A stretch of 64,000 nucleotides of DNA from Ignavibacteriota bacterium (lineage in GTDB: Bacteria > Bacteroidota > Ignavibacteria > Palsa-1295), in the NCBI GenBank assembly GCA_963787835.1, contig CAWBEI010000003.1, forward strand, positions 96,001 through 160,000, in the 5' to 3' direction. Numbering within the stretch: the first letter of the stretch is position 1; each line of letters begins with the position of its first letter. The notes under the pieces are model-generated. The model made no database searches. It saw only the letters and a list, made by a program, of their open reading frames with translations, and was not told where the DNA came from. Both the position numbers and the translations under genes were made by a program. This document shows, piece by piece, positions 1 to 10,000 of this stretch.

Positions 1-2566
1 CATTACTGCGGTTCAAAATTCGAATCTCATCGTTCCATCCGGCGACCTTAAGAGTGGGGTGTTCGATTATTCGCTCAATACCAAGAGCCTTTTCAATGTT
101 GTGAAGCCTATCGGCGATATAGTTCTTTCTGATACCGGCGGAGTGCCGGTTCGCGTGAGAGACGTCGCCCGCGTGGAAGACAGCTATCAGGAAGAAACGG
201 AAACCATTCGCGTCGATGGAAAACCCGGGCTTATTTTGAGCGTTCAAAAGCTTGCAAGTTCCAATAGTGTCGAGGTCGTAGATAATATTATCCGTTCCAT
301 TCCAAAATTGACCGGAGTTCCTCCCGATGTCCATATTGCGTTAACCTTCGACCAATCGGTGTATATTCGACAGACCATCAATGGTCTTTCGCGCGAGGCC
401 ATGATCGGCTCCATCCTTGCCATGTTCATCATTATGATCTTCCTGCGAAATATCCGAGGAACGATCATCATCATTGTGGCCATTCCGATGTCCATCCTCA
501 TTACCTTCATCATGTTCCGTTTTGGCGATGTGACGCTAAACATCATGACCTTTGGCGGCCTGGCGCTCGCCGTGGGGAGGTTGGTGGATGACTCGATAGT
601 GGAGCTCGAAGCGATCAGCCGCCACTACAACAATCCAAAACCTGGAGAAACGAAGATCGAGCAAACGCTTGCTGCGGCGAGCGAAGTCGCTACGCCCATT
701 TTCGTCTCCACGCTAACGACGGTTATTGTATTCCTGCCGGTCGTATTCTTGACAGGTATTGCAAAACTTCTGTTTATTCCGCTTACGCTTACTATTGCAG
801 TCGCGTTGTTTGGCTCGTTTTTCATTTCGCGGACGATCACCCCATTGTTATGCTTGAGGTTCCTGCCGCCAGAAAAGGAGATGAATCGCAAATCGAGAAA
901 ACTTCCCGACCGAACACGAGTCTTTTTCCACGATATGATCGACCGGATCGATCATGGATATGCTAAGATGCTCGAATGGGCGCTCGATCACCGGAAACTG
1001 ATCATCATTAGCATTCTTGCGATCGCGGGGGCATCGGTATTCCTGTTCAAATTTATCGGAACCGAATTTTTCCCCGATCAGGACGAAAGCGTGTTTACCG
1101 TAACGGTAAAAGACCCGGTGGGAACGCGAATTGAAGAAACGACCAAGACTGTTCAAGCCATCGAAGATCTTATTCGAAAGAATGTTCCAGAAATGACGGC
1201 GATGGTGTCCGACATCGGAGTGCCTCCTGCAAAGAGCGGCAATTTCTTCGGCGATAATACCGGCGAGCATGCTGCCAATATCCAGGTCTCGCTCTCACCA
1301 CCGGATCAGCGTGGCAGAAATATTTTTCAGATCATGGACTCTATCCGGCCCAAGATCAATAATTATCTTGGCGCATCCGTCATTGTGAGCCCCAGCGGGT
1401 TTCTGCGCTATTTATTAAATTTCGGTTCGGCTGCTCCGATCGATATTGAAGTGCGCGGGTTCGATCTCGAGAAAGGTACAGCGCTGGCAAATCAAGTGCT
1501 TGCAGCCGTGAGATCCACACCCGGTGCTGTCAATGCCGTCTCCTCTCGCGAGGATAATTTGCCGGAGATCCGGGTGAATATCGACCGGCAAAAGGCCGGC
1601 ATTTTGGGAATCAATGTGGCACAGATCGCGAACACGATCAGTTCCGCGATCGATGGAAATGTCGCCTCACTCTACAGCGACCCCGTCAATGGCAATCAGT
1701 ATAACATGCTGGTGCGCTATTCTGAAGAATATCGATCCTCCATTGACGACCTCCGTAAAATTCCTCTCAACACCCCCACGGGCAGTCTTGTACTCTTAGG
1801 CGAAATTGCGGATATCACACAGGATGCATCGCCGGTTGAGATCGACCGCAAATACCAGCAACGCATCATTGACGTGACCGCAGAAGTCAGCGGACGCGAC
1901 CTTGGAAGCGTGGCAAAGGATATTCAAACAAAGCTCGACAACATGTCTCTGCCGCCTGGATTCGAAGTGAAGCTCGGTGGGAATGTCGAGCAACAGCAAC
2001 AGACCTTCAGCGGCCTGCTCATGGCCTTTGCACTAGCGATCCTGCTCGTCTATGTCGTGATGGCGTCGCAATTTCAATCGTTCATCGATCCCTTGATTAT
2101 CATGTTCACGGTTCCCTTCGGAATTGTCGGTGTAATGTGGGCACTGTTCCTGACCGGCACGACGCTTTCGGTAACGTCGTTTCAGGGAATTATCGTCATG
2201 GTTGGTATCGTCGTCTCGAATGGCATTTTACTTGTCGATTATACCAACCATTTGCGAATGAAAGGCGAATCCTTACATCGTGCCGTTATTGATGGCGGTC
2301 GCACCCGGCTCAAACCGATCCTCATGACTTCCATTGCAACTGTACTTGGGCTCATCCCAATGGCCATGGGTCTTGGCGGCGAAAAAACCCAGGCTCCGCT
2401 TGCAATTGCCGTCATTGGAGGACTTTCCCTTTCCACACTCCTGACACTCTTCTTCGTGCCAACACTTTATACGATCTTTGAAGATCGCTTCCGCAAGAAG
2501 ATCGAAACGCCGGAGGAACGGTTACAGGAAGGCGAAGCGGCTGCTCCTGCTGCCAAACCTGCTTAA
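1..2566 (+). CDS. RND efflux permease, AcrB/CzcA family (5' partial)
   Basis: Frame open from the window edge; GRLVDDSIVELE and GIVVSNGILLVD motifs, R-LKPILMT, multiple TM helices. Confidence 0.93.
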   Translation, partial: ITAVQNSNLIVPSGDLKSGVFDYSLNTKSLFNVVKPIGDIVLSDTGGVPVRVRDVARVEDSYQEETETIRVDGKPGLILSVQKLASSNSVEVVDNIIRSIPKLTGVPPDVHIALTFDQSVYIRQTINGLSREAMIGSILAMFIIMIFLRNIRGTIIIIVAIPMSILITFIMFRFGDVTLNIMTFGGLALAVGRLVDDSIVELEAISRHYNNPKPGETKIEQTLAAASEVATPIFVSTLTTVIVFLPVVFLTGIAKLLFIPLTLTIAVALFGSFFISRTITPLLCLRFLPPEKEMNRKSRKLPDRTRVFFHDMIDRIDHGYAKMLEWALDHRKLIIISILAIAGASVFLFKFIGTEFFPDQDESVFTVTVKDPVGTRIEETTKTVQAIEDLIRKNVPEMTAMVSDIGVPPAKSGNFFGDNTGEHAANIQVSLSPPDQRGRNIFQIMDSIRPKINNYLGASVIVSPSGFLRYLLNFGSAAPIDIEVRGFDLEKGTALANQVLAAVRSTPGAVNAVSSREDNLPEIRVNIDRQKAGILGINVAQIANTISSAIDGNVASLYSDPVNGNQYNMLVRYSEEYRSSIDDLRKIPLNTPTGSLVLLGEIADITQDASPVEIDRKYQQRIIDVTAEVSGRDLGSVAKDIQTKLDNMSLPPGFEVKLGGNVEQQQQTFSGLLMAFALAILLVYVVMASQFQSFIDPLIIMFTVPFGIVGVMWALFLTGTTLSVTSFQGIIVMVGIVVSNGILLVDYTNHLRMKGESLHRAVIDGGRTRLKPILMTSIATVLGLIPMAMGLGGEKTQAPLAIAVIGGLSLSTLLTLFFVPTLYTIFEDRFRKKIETPEERLQEGEAAAPAAKPA

Positions 2567-4635
2567 GGTTCGACGATCGAAAGCTTCCCAACAACCTGAA
2601 CAACTCCAGATGAAGACGTTTCTTTAACCTTAAAGAACTCGACTCCGGCCAATGAAGGAGTGAAATGCAATTCGTGGCCAGAGGAAATACTTCCATCCCC
2701 GATTGGCGATCCGATGATACGACCAAGCTCGTCATAAAAGGTGAGCGCGACAGAGCACGCTTCACCACAATCGATAAATAGGGCATCCTTGCGTCCAACA
2801 CTAGCGGGTTCGTTTACAAATCGAATGGAACTGTATTGCGGCGTTTGTTCTGATACACCACTTTTGACATTTTGAACAGAATCCGTGATGCTATGTAGGC
2901 TTCCCGATTGTACCGTTACTTCATAGTCTTGGCTTTGTACTGCATTGGTATCGAGAAAACTCAGTGTGTCCCCATTTTGCAATGCAAGCTGGGAACCATC
3001 CTTTGCAACATCGAACTGGTAGCCGCTTGGCAATGGATAACCAAAAGTTGTTTCCGGTGAGTATTTCCATGTTAGAACTGTCGCAATCTTGCCGTTGACC
3101 GTTGTGTCATGCACTGCAAGATTCGTTACTGGCATTGGAGCATACGGCCGTACTACCGACATGTAAATATCCTGATCAAAACCGGAGCGAGTGTCCGTCC
3201 AGGCAGGATACCAAACACTATCCAATGCATCGAGACAGATATAATCTCCAAAAAAATAAAGGTTGCCGTAAACAACATCGCGATGAATTCGCGGATCGAA
3301 TGATGTGTTTGTGATTCGCCGCGCGGTGAAAGTCTCGCCACCGTCAGTGGAAAGTGTAAGATAATCATCAACCAGAATATTCGAATCGGGATCGTTCCTG
3401 CTGTCGTAAAACGTCACCCCAACATTACCATTGCTTTGATCGACTGCGATCCATGGAAGGAATTTATCCGTTTTTACCGAACTGCTATCTTCATCTATGA
3501 AACCTGGCGGAGTCCAAGTCATTCCACTATCTTTGCTTATGGAAAGGAACACATGGGCATTGCTATCGGCATCCCTTCCGCACCAGGTCACATAAATCCA
3601 ACCGCGACGATTAGCGAGAACAATTTCACGAGAAAGTTCACAGTTAACTGCGATAGACGGAAAACTATTCGTTTCCACGCTATCTTTTATAGCAGGATGG
3701 CCATCAAAATTGTCCGGAAGTTCCGGACCTAAGTCGCGATACGCTGATACTTCAACTTGAGGAGTAAAACTCACCCCGCCATCCAGTGAGTGCGCAACAA
3801 GAATTTTCCTTGAAGTCGAATCCCGATCTTCGTATGTGATGTAAAGCTCCCCATTTGGTCCGCAGGCCGGTACTGGGCCCTGAAATAATCCTGTGTCTGG
3901 AGAGACTTGCACAGGCAAGGACCAACTGGAACCATGATCGGTGGAATGGGACTCGACTATTGTAGAGTATGGGTATGCGATACTAACCCAAACGATATAC
4001 ACTCTTCCAAAAAAAATGCTTAACGAATCGCGATCGACGGTAATGTAATCACGATCGACTTGAGAAGCATCGAGTTGATTGGTGTCTCCACCCACGTACA
4101 CAGGCGATTGCCACGATTGACCAATGTCCGTAGATCTATAGCACGCCTCTTCGTTTGGTCCCGGATCTTGGAGCAAAACATTCGAAAAAAAAAGTGTTCC
4201 TGTTTGATCGAAAACGACACCCGGGTCTGTGGCCTCATAAAATTGTTGTGTACCATTGTCGAAGAAGCCGTGTGGGAGCGAATCATTATCCCATGTGAGT
4301 CCTCCATTTTTTGTGGTACAGTACCATAGCACATCGTAACTACGGTCATCAACCTCACCGATGGCGATCGCTAACGGATCGAGAGGGTCAACAGAGAGAG
4401 ATGGCTCATTCTGGTCATTGAAGGGATCGTTCGTAACATTAATGTTCGGAAAGATGGAGGCAGCATTAGAATCCGACGAACTCTGAACGGCCATTGCGCC
4501 AAAGGATGGCATCGACAAACCCAACCCCGGACGTGCTCTCAGAGATGGGAACCGCAACTGCGCCCGCAACTCATCCCCTCGCGCAGCGAACAACGCGAGA
4601 AGAACGAAAAGGGTGCGTAGAGTAAAAGTCTTCAT
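2563..4635 (-). CDS. Secreted sialidase-like BNR/Asp-box repeat protein with putative T9SS C-terminal domain
   Basis: Signal peptide; repeated SxDxGxxW/F Asp-boxes; C-terminal YDELGR sorting-like domain. Confidence 0.8.
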   Translation of the reverse strand: MKTFTLRTLFVLLALFAARGDELRAQLRFPSLRARPGLGLSMPSFGAMAVQSSSDSNAASIFPNINVTNDPFNDQNEPSLSVDPLDPLAIAIGEVDDRSYDVLWYCTTKNGGLTWDNDSLPHGFFDNGTQQFYEATDPGVVFDQTGTLFFSNVLLQDPGPNEEACYRSTDIGQSWQSPVYVGGDTNQLDASQVDRDYITVDRDSLSIFFGRVYIVWVSIAYPYSTIVESHSTDHGSSWSLPVQVSPDTGLFQGPVPACGPNGELYITYEDRDSTSRKILVAHSLDGGVSFTPQVEVSAYRDLGPELPDNFDGHPAIKDSVETNSFPSIAVNCELSREIVLANRRGWIYVTWCGRDADSNAHVFLSISKDSGMTWTPPGFIDEDSSSVKTDKFLPWIAVDQSNGNVGVTFYDSRNDPDSNILVDDYLTLSTDGGETFTARRITNTSFDPRIHRDVVYGNLYFFGDYICLDALDSVWYPAWTDTRSGFDQDIYMSVVRPYAPMPVTNLAVHDTTVNGKIATVLTWKYSPETTFGYPLPSGYQFDVAKDGSQLALQNGDTLSFLDTNAVQSQDYEVTVQSGSLHSITDSVQNVKSGVSEQTPQYSSIRFVNEPASVGRKDALFIDCGEACSVALTFYDELGRIIGSPIGDGSISSGHELHFTPSLAGVEFFKVKETSSSGVVQVVGKLSIVEP

Positions 4636-4663
4636 AATGACTCAGTGTACTTCGAATCACTTC

Positions 4664-5755
4664 TTATGCAGCCCATATTCCTCTCAACGCTTCCTCATTC
4701 ATTCCAGCGGCCATTGCAACCATAAGCTTAATGCGCGCCTTTGGCCCCGTCAGATAAGGCGCAAACATGCAGCCCAGCTTTTCCAATTCGCGACCCGCTC
4801 CCTCGTACGCATAATATGGACGCACCGGCCCAGCCTGACATCGCGTGGTGATGACCACGGGGATCTTCATCTCCCGCGCGCGCGATATTCCATTGATCGC
4901 CCCTGGTGGAACATTCCCCTGTCCCATCGCCTCGATGACGATTCCACGAGCGCCCGCTTTCAATGCAGCTACAAAAAGTGTGTCCTCCATTCCCGAATAT
5001 GTTTTGAGGAGTTCTACATACGGGAGTTCCGCATTCTCGTCGAGTGCAATATTCATTCTGCTGTGTGGTTCGCGAAAGCGGCGTGGTGCATCAGACTTCA
5101 ACGTATTCACAGTTCCAAGCGGCCCGAAATCCGGAGAGCGAAAAGTATCGTCCTTCATCGTATGGGTTTTCGTCACTTCGGATGCTGCGTACACATGCCC
5201 GTTCATCACCACGAGAGTTCCGATATTCCGGAACGCATTGCTTGCTGCGACAGCAAACGCATCGACGAGATTGCGCCCGCCATCCCACGCCGCGTCGGTC
5301 GATGTATGCATCGAACCTGTGAAGATGACTGGAATCGTATCACCAATAACAAGATCGAGGAAATACGCAGATTCTTCCATCGAGTCCGTGCCATGTGTGA
5401 TAACGATACCGTTGGAGTGTTCTTTGGATGACCGATCATCCGCGGATGACCGATCATCCGCAAGTCCATGAACGAAACTCGCAAGCGTGAGCATCATCTC
5501 CGGCGAGACATGCGGCCCAGGCAGCGTCGAAAAATCATGAATGTGGATCTTGAGAGAAGGCAGATACTGCCCAATCTCCGGTACGCGCTCCAGGATCTCC
5601 CGGCCGGCTAATGCGGGGACGACCATCGAGCTTTTGTTCGCGCTTACGGCGATCGTTCCGCCGGTGAATACCGCGGCTATTGTGGAGGTGCCCTTTTCCA
5701 GATTAGCTGAACGTGCTGTAGATGAAATTTCTGTTTCTTCTGTAACAAAACTCAT
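4664..5755 (-). CDS. L-asparaginase
   Basis: FTGGTIA and ITHGTDSMEE catalytic motifs; GQGNVP. Confidence 0.9.
   Translation of the reverse strand: MSFVTEETEISSTARSANLEKGTSTIAAVFTGGTIAVSANKSSMVVPALAGREILERVPEIGQYLPSLKIHIHDFSTLPGPHVSPEMMLTLASFVHGLADDRSSADDRSSKEHSNGIVITHGTDSMEESAYFLDLVIGDTIPVIFTGSMHTSTDAAWDGGRNLVDAFAVAASNAFRNIGTLVVMNGHVYAASEVTKTHTMKDDTFRSPDFGPLGTVNTLKSDAPRRFREPHSRMNIALDENAELPYVELLKTYSGMEDTLFVAALKAGARGIVIEAMGQGNVPPGAINGISRAREMKIPVVITTRCQAGPVRPYYAYEGAGRELEKLGCMFAPYLTGPKARIKLMVAMAAGMNEEALRGIWAA
5426..5461. repeat. 18-bp exact tandem duplication inside the asparaginase gene
   Basis: GGATGACCGATCATCCGC x2; encodes ADDRSS-ADDRSS; each unit is a small hairpin. Confidence 0.85.
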
Positions 5756-5901
5756 GGAGGAGGATTATTTAGTAAGTTCAATACTTCGTAACCTTTGGAT
5801 GAGAAATGAGATTCCATGTCAATGAACGCTTCTCGCTTCCAAAACTAAACGAGTATTCATTCGTAAGAGACGCATTGCCCTTTATCCAGAGTCACAATAG
5901 A

Positions 5902-6453
5902 ATGTTCCGATCTTTTCTCATCCTCGTGCTCGTTGCAACACCATGTTTGGTCATGGCGCAACAAACAACGCCCGCTAAACATAAGGCAGTGAAAAAACAC
6001 GTGGCTACTCCAGTTGTTGAGGAGAAACCACTCGAAATTCTCGGCATGCGACCCGGTATCACGATCGATAGCATTCGAAGGATCATGAAAGATGCCGGAG
6101 TAACACTCCGCGAAGTTCAACAAGATACGCTTTCGCATTCCTTCGGCGCGCAGGATGTGCATGTCTATGTTGTCGATTCGATTATGTGCCGGCTTACCTA
6201 TATGCGCATGGCATTCCTTACCGATGCATCTCTCAGGCTTCGCCGCTTAACGATCACCCCGCGCGTGAGCGAGATCGCCCTCGGCGCTTCGGATGACATC
6301 GAGAATGTGCTTCTGCTTTACTTCGGACAGAAATGGGGTAAACCCGAGCTAAATCTCGATCCACCATTACCGGTCTTCCGCTGGCGAACCGGAAATATCC
6401 AGATGCGCGGGTTCATACGCCGTGGTTACCCGATGTGGATCCTGGAGGGATAA
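5902..6453 (+). CDS. Hypothetical exported protein
   Basis: Signal-like MFRSFLILVLVATPCLVMAQQ from ATG 5902; no family recognised. Confidence 0.7.
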   Translation: MFRSFLILVLVATPCLVMAQQTTPAKHKAVKKHVATPVVEEKPLEILGMRPGITIDSIRRIMKDAGVTLREVQQDTLSHSFGAQDVHVYVVDSIMCRLTYMRMAFLTDASLRLRRLTITPRVSEIALGASDDIENVLLLYFGQKWGKPELNLDPPLPVFRWRTGNIQMRGFIRRGYPMWILEG

Positions 6454-6497
6454 TTGCCCAATGGTGTACAGCGGGTTTCAACCTGTGGTCGAAAGAG

Positions 6498-6723
6498 TGT
6501 CTCCAAGAAATAGGTGCCATCTTTCTTTCTTGTGAGTTCCCGACATTCCCTGTTCATCCTTCGTTTCCAGCCCAATTTCGCCAGTTGTTCCAACAGGTAT
6601 TCATAAAAGTCCCTTCACAGAGAACTCGTTCATAATGAAACCTATCGCTTCCATTTTCAATGAGCAACAGAGCACCCATTCTGAATTCTCCATTCTTAAT
6701 TGAAAATTGATATTGGTGCCTAT
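6498..6723 (+). repeat. Conserved ~220-bp non-coding element, copy A
   Basis: Colinear with reverse complement of 40357-40572; identical blocks of 23, 15 and 22 bp. Confidence 0.88.
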
Positions 6724-6836
6724 AAAAACACTACTGATAAGCAACGCGCGGAAGAGATAGTTTCATGTTTTCTAAAAGAATCCTATTTTAATGAAAAATT
6801 ATTTGTAACCCGAGCACCCTTGTGCGTTCTTGTATG

Positions 6837-6844
6837 TATATTTG
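6837..6844 (+). promoter_or_regulatory. Bacteroidota-type -7 promoter element (TAnnTTTG)
   Basis: TATATTTG about 75 bp upstream of ATG 6920. Confidence 0.4.
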
Positions 6845-6960
6845 AATGTAGCAAATAGATTAGTTGGCCCGCCGGATGATTGACGGACCGTCACCACTTA
6901 ATATAAGAAAGCCATAAATATGATACGGAACCATTTAACAACCCACTCCCAAGCGGAGAA

Positions 6961-7029
6961 ACTCAGCACTCAGCACTCAGCACTCAGCACGCAGCACGCA
7001 GCACTCAGCACTCGGCACGCGCACTCAGC
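6961..7029 (+). repeat. Heptamer tandem repeat (ACTCAGC/ACGCAGC) x10 in the 5' region of a T9SS cargo gene
   Basis: Nine 7-nt units plus one 6-nt unit (ACGCGC at 7017-7022). Confidence 0.92.
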
Positions 7030-7050
7030 AAACGTAAGCGAGTAGCGATA

Positions 7051-10000
7051 ATGTTAGTGCTCTTTCTTGCCTGCATGATAAGTGCCGGGAGGCTGCACGC
7101 GCAGGCGGGGCAACTTTTCTATGATGTGACCACACAGCCAACCGCTTCCTGGCTAAGTGGAGCGGTTGCTGCGAGTACAACTTGCAACATCGGTCAATTA
7201 GTACTCAACCTCGCGACGCCCGCATTAGAATTGACAGACAATTCGGGTTCAGTTGTTTCACAGCTTGCACTTAATGCCCAAATTATTCCAAGCAATGCAG
7301 ACGGCCACACCCTCACCAGTAATCATAATTCTTGTATTGTCTGGGTGTCAACAATATCCACTGCAGGTACAATTAATTTAGCGCTATATAGCAATGTTCC
7401 TGCAAATGGGCAAATTAATATGGCTGGCAATATTTTTACCGCACAAGATCATGGACACTATAACGCATTTCTTGTTTCCAGCACCTGCGGTTGCCAGTCA
7501 TGGATAGGAAACGCACAGGCCGCGATGGACGACGCTAACAACCTTTACATCACCTTTGAGTTGAACAGATCGGGACATAGCACGCCATCGAACGAATTAT
7601 GGTATTACGTTTTTTCGTTCGCTAATAATAACTTCAATTGGGTATCTGGTGGGCCAATTCCGAGACCGGGGGATCTCATTCCCGCGACCGGAGCTGGGCA
7701 GCCAACTATAACATGCAACCGTTGGAACAATGGCACGGGAACCGCAACGATAGGGTATATTGCACCCGACCCCAATACAGGCCGCCCCCGTCCAGCACAG
7801 ATTGTAGTTGGCCCAAACACGATTGGCTCACCAGGATGGTTACCGGAACCGAACATGACGCCGATTACCCCTTGCCTTTGGGTGAGAGCGATCAATTCTG
7901 ATAATCCGTATTCAACTCCATTCGTCCATTATTTCTATGCTTATGCGCCGCAGCCACCGGGAGGGCCACACCTGAACAATACACTTTGGTCAACCGATAA
8001 TTCAACAGTTTCCACCGTGATTTCACCCAACCTCGTGCTAAGCCCCTCTTCCGATGGCGTAACCACTTTGGCTGATCCCGCCGTTGGTGACGGCTACATC
8101 GCCGCAATTCCAAATCAAGCAGCGACGGTTTATTGCGCCTTTGTAGAAAACTCATCGGGAATGCAAAATCTTAGGATAACCCGCGAGTTCGGTAATAATA
8201 ATTCCATTGTTCAAACTAATCCAATTTATAATTGGTATTCGTTAGGATGTAATCAAATGGGAGTTTTTATCGCGTTCGGCAACAGTTCCGGCAACAGAAT
8301 GTGGCGAGCTTTCCGGCCATTCTACGGAGACATTATGGAAAATACTGTTGCATCCGGTCTTTGTAAGGTCGATCCAAATTCAAATTCTGCTGTCCAAGGT
8401 ATTGGAGTAGGTACAGCAGCACGTTTGACCGCAGGTATCAGTGATACTCTGAGAGTTTTCGAAGAGTCCAATATTACCCCTGCTCAACTATTCCAATTTA
8501 CAAATTCGAACCCAATCACTACGCCACCAGTGCTTTGGGCAGGCGAACATCCTTCTTCAAATATCGATGCCGATCCAGGGAATGCAAGAGGTGAGATTAT
8601 ATTAGACCTAGGTTCGAATGTCGATTTTGGCGGTGAGTTAACGCCGCCCCTTCTTGGTGCAATCTTCCAAGCTCGTTCTGATGGTCAAATAGACTATAAT
8701 GGAGCGATTTTCGGGAATGAGAAATCAGACCTCATTGGTTGCGTCGGCGAAACACGTGTTTCTGATCTAAGTACAAATCGGAGGGGAATTTTCAACATTA
8801 ATTACCCACTTTCATTTAACGTTGCGTCTCCACCTCAGTCATCGCCAGTAAGTAATACCGGGGGGATTTATGGGGGATCCATATTTGGTGGTGTAAAAGG
8901 TTTAGTGAACTTTATTTGTTCGGAGGGCTTCCCTTATTGGTACTATATGACCATATCGGGGCAAGGTTTAGGAATGAACTTCGACCAGACGTATATGTAT
9001 TTAGGCCAGCCAATTGATCCCGGAGGTGGACAGTATCAAATAGGTGCACTGGATGCTGGGGATGGGAACGGCCCGCCGAACAGCATAATTTTCACAAATG
9101 GCATAATAAGTAATCTCCATCAACCGAATGGTTGGACCGGGGGCTCTGGGCAATTTGTGCCCGATATAGGCCCAGGATACTCACCTAACTTATACCAATA
9201 CAATGTTGCATTTGATGCTTGGTGTCCATTATATAATGTTGCGAACATCAATATCTCGAATAATATCATCCTTTATACCAACTTTACGCTCTACTATACT
9301 GATGATAACATTGGGGGGGCAGGCGATCCAGCCGTTTTAGTCAACTTAAATAATAATAAAACCGAAGATATTGCTTACGCTGGTGAAGCGGCCGCTTCTA
9401 GTGGTAATATCGATGATTATGGCAACAGCTTGTTCCTTTTGCAATGGCTTGCATATAATTCCCAGGGTTATTTGGCTCAATTCCAAGGCCAGATAAATAT
9501 CCTCGGAAATCAAATGATGGGCGATTGGCCTGAAAATGGTTCAACTATGAGTGACCCTTCAGAAACAATCATCCTCGATGGTTGGTCTGTTCCAGTCAAT
9601 CAGCAATGGCGGGTGAAATGTGATGACAATATCTTTGATAATCGCTCAACCGGGGACGGGAGCTATGTTCCCAACTACAATTCGAATTCTATTGCTGTTC
9701 TTTTGAACGACGGGGCCGAGGTCGATGTTTCCAATAATACGATTAACGGATATGGCTACGGCATCGTTAATGAAATCCAGAATAATGCTTACTCGTTTTA
9801 CTGCAATAATACGATCACCCAAGCAGGACAATCGACTCCTAATGGTATTGGAATCCTTGAGGAGGGCGGTCAAGGCTCAGTATATCCTAAACTTAACGTC
9901 ACGAGTAATTTATCTATTGGATATGAAGTAACCGGAACCAATCAAAGCACCCCGGTTGCAAATCAGTTTAACAACTGCACCATTGGTGCGGAATTCGGGG

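Noticed and set aside
4613-5471. Long antisense ORFs (e.g. 4613-5431, 22550-23311, 35800-36621, 42325-43032)
   Set aside because: They are shadows of well-supported genes on the opposite strand, with no motifs.
6435-6635. ORFs 6435-6635 (+) and 40474-40689 (-) share CLQEIGAI...SC.FPT, suggesting a small protein family
   Set aside because: The similarity is a by-product of the DNA repeat: starts, stops and frames are not conserved, and the opposite-strand frame is broken in copy A.
6961-7029. Possible CRISPR array
   Set aside because: Contiguous 7-mers with no spacers; no cas genes or repeat-spacer arrays were seen anywhere in the window.
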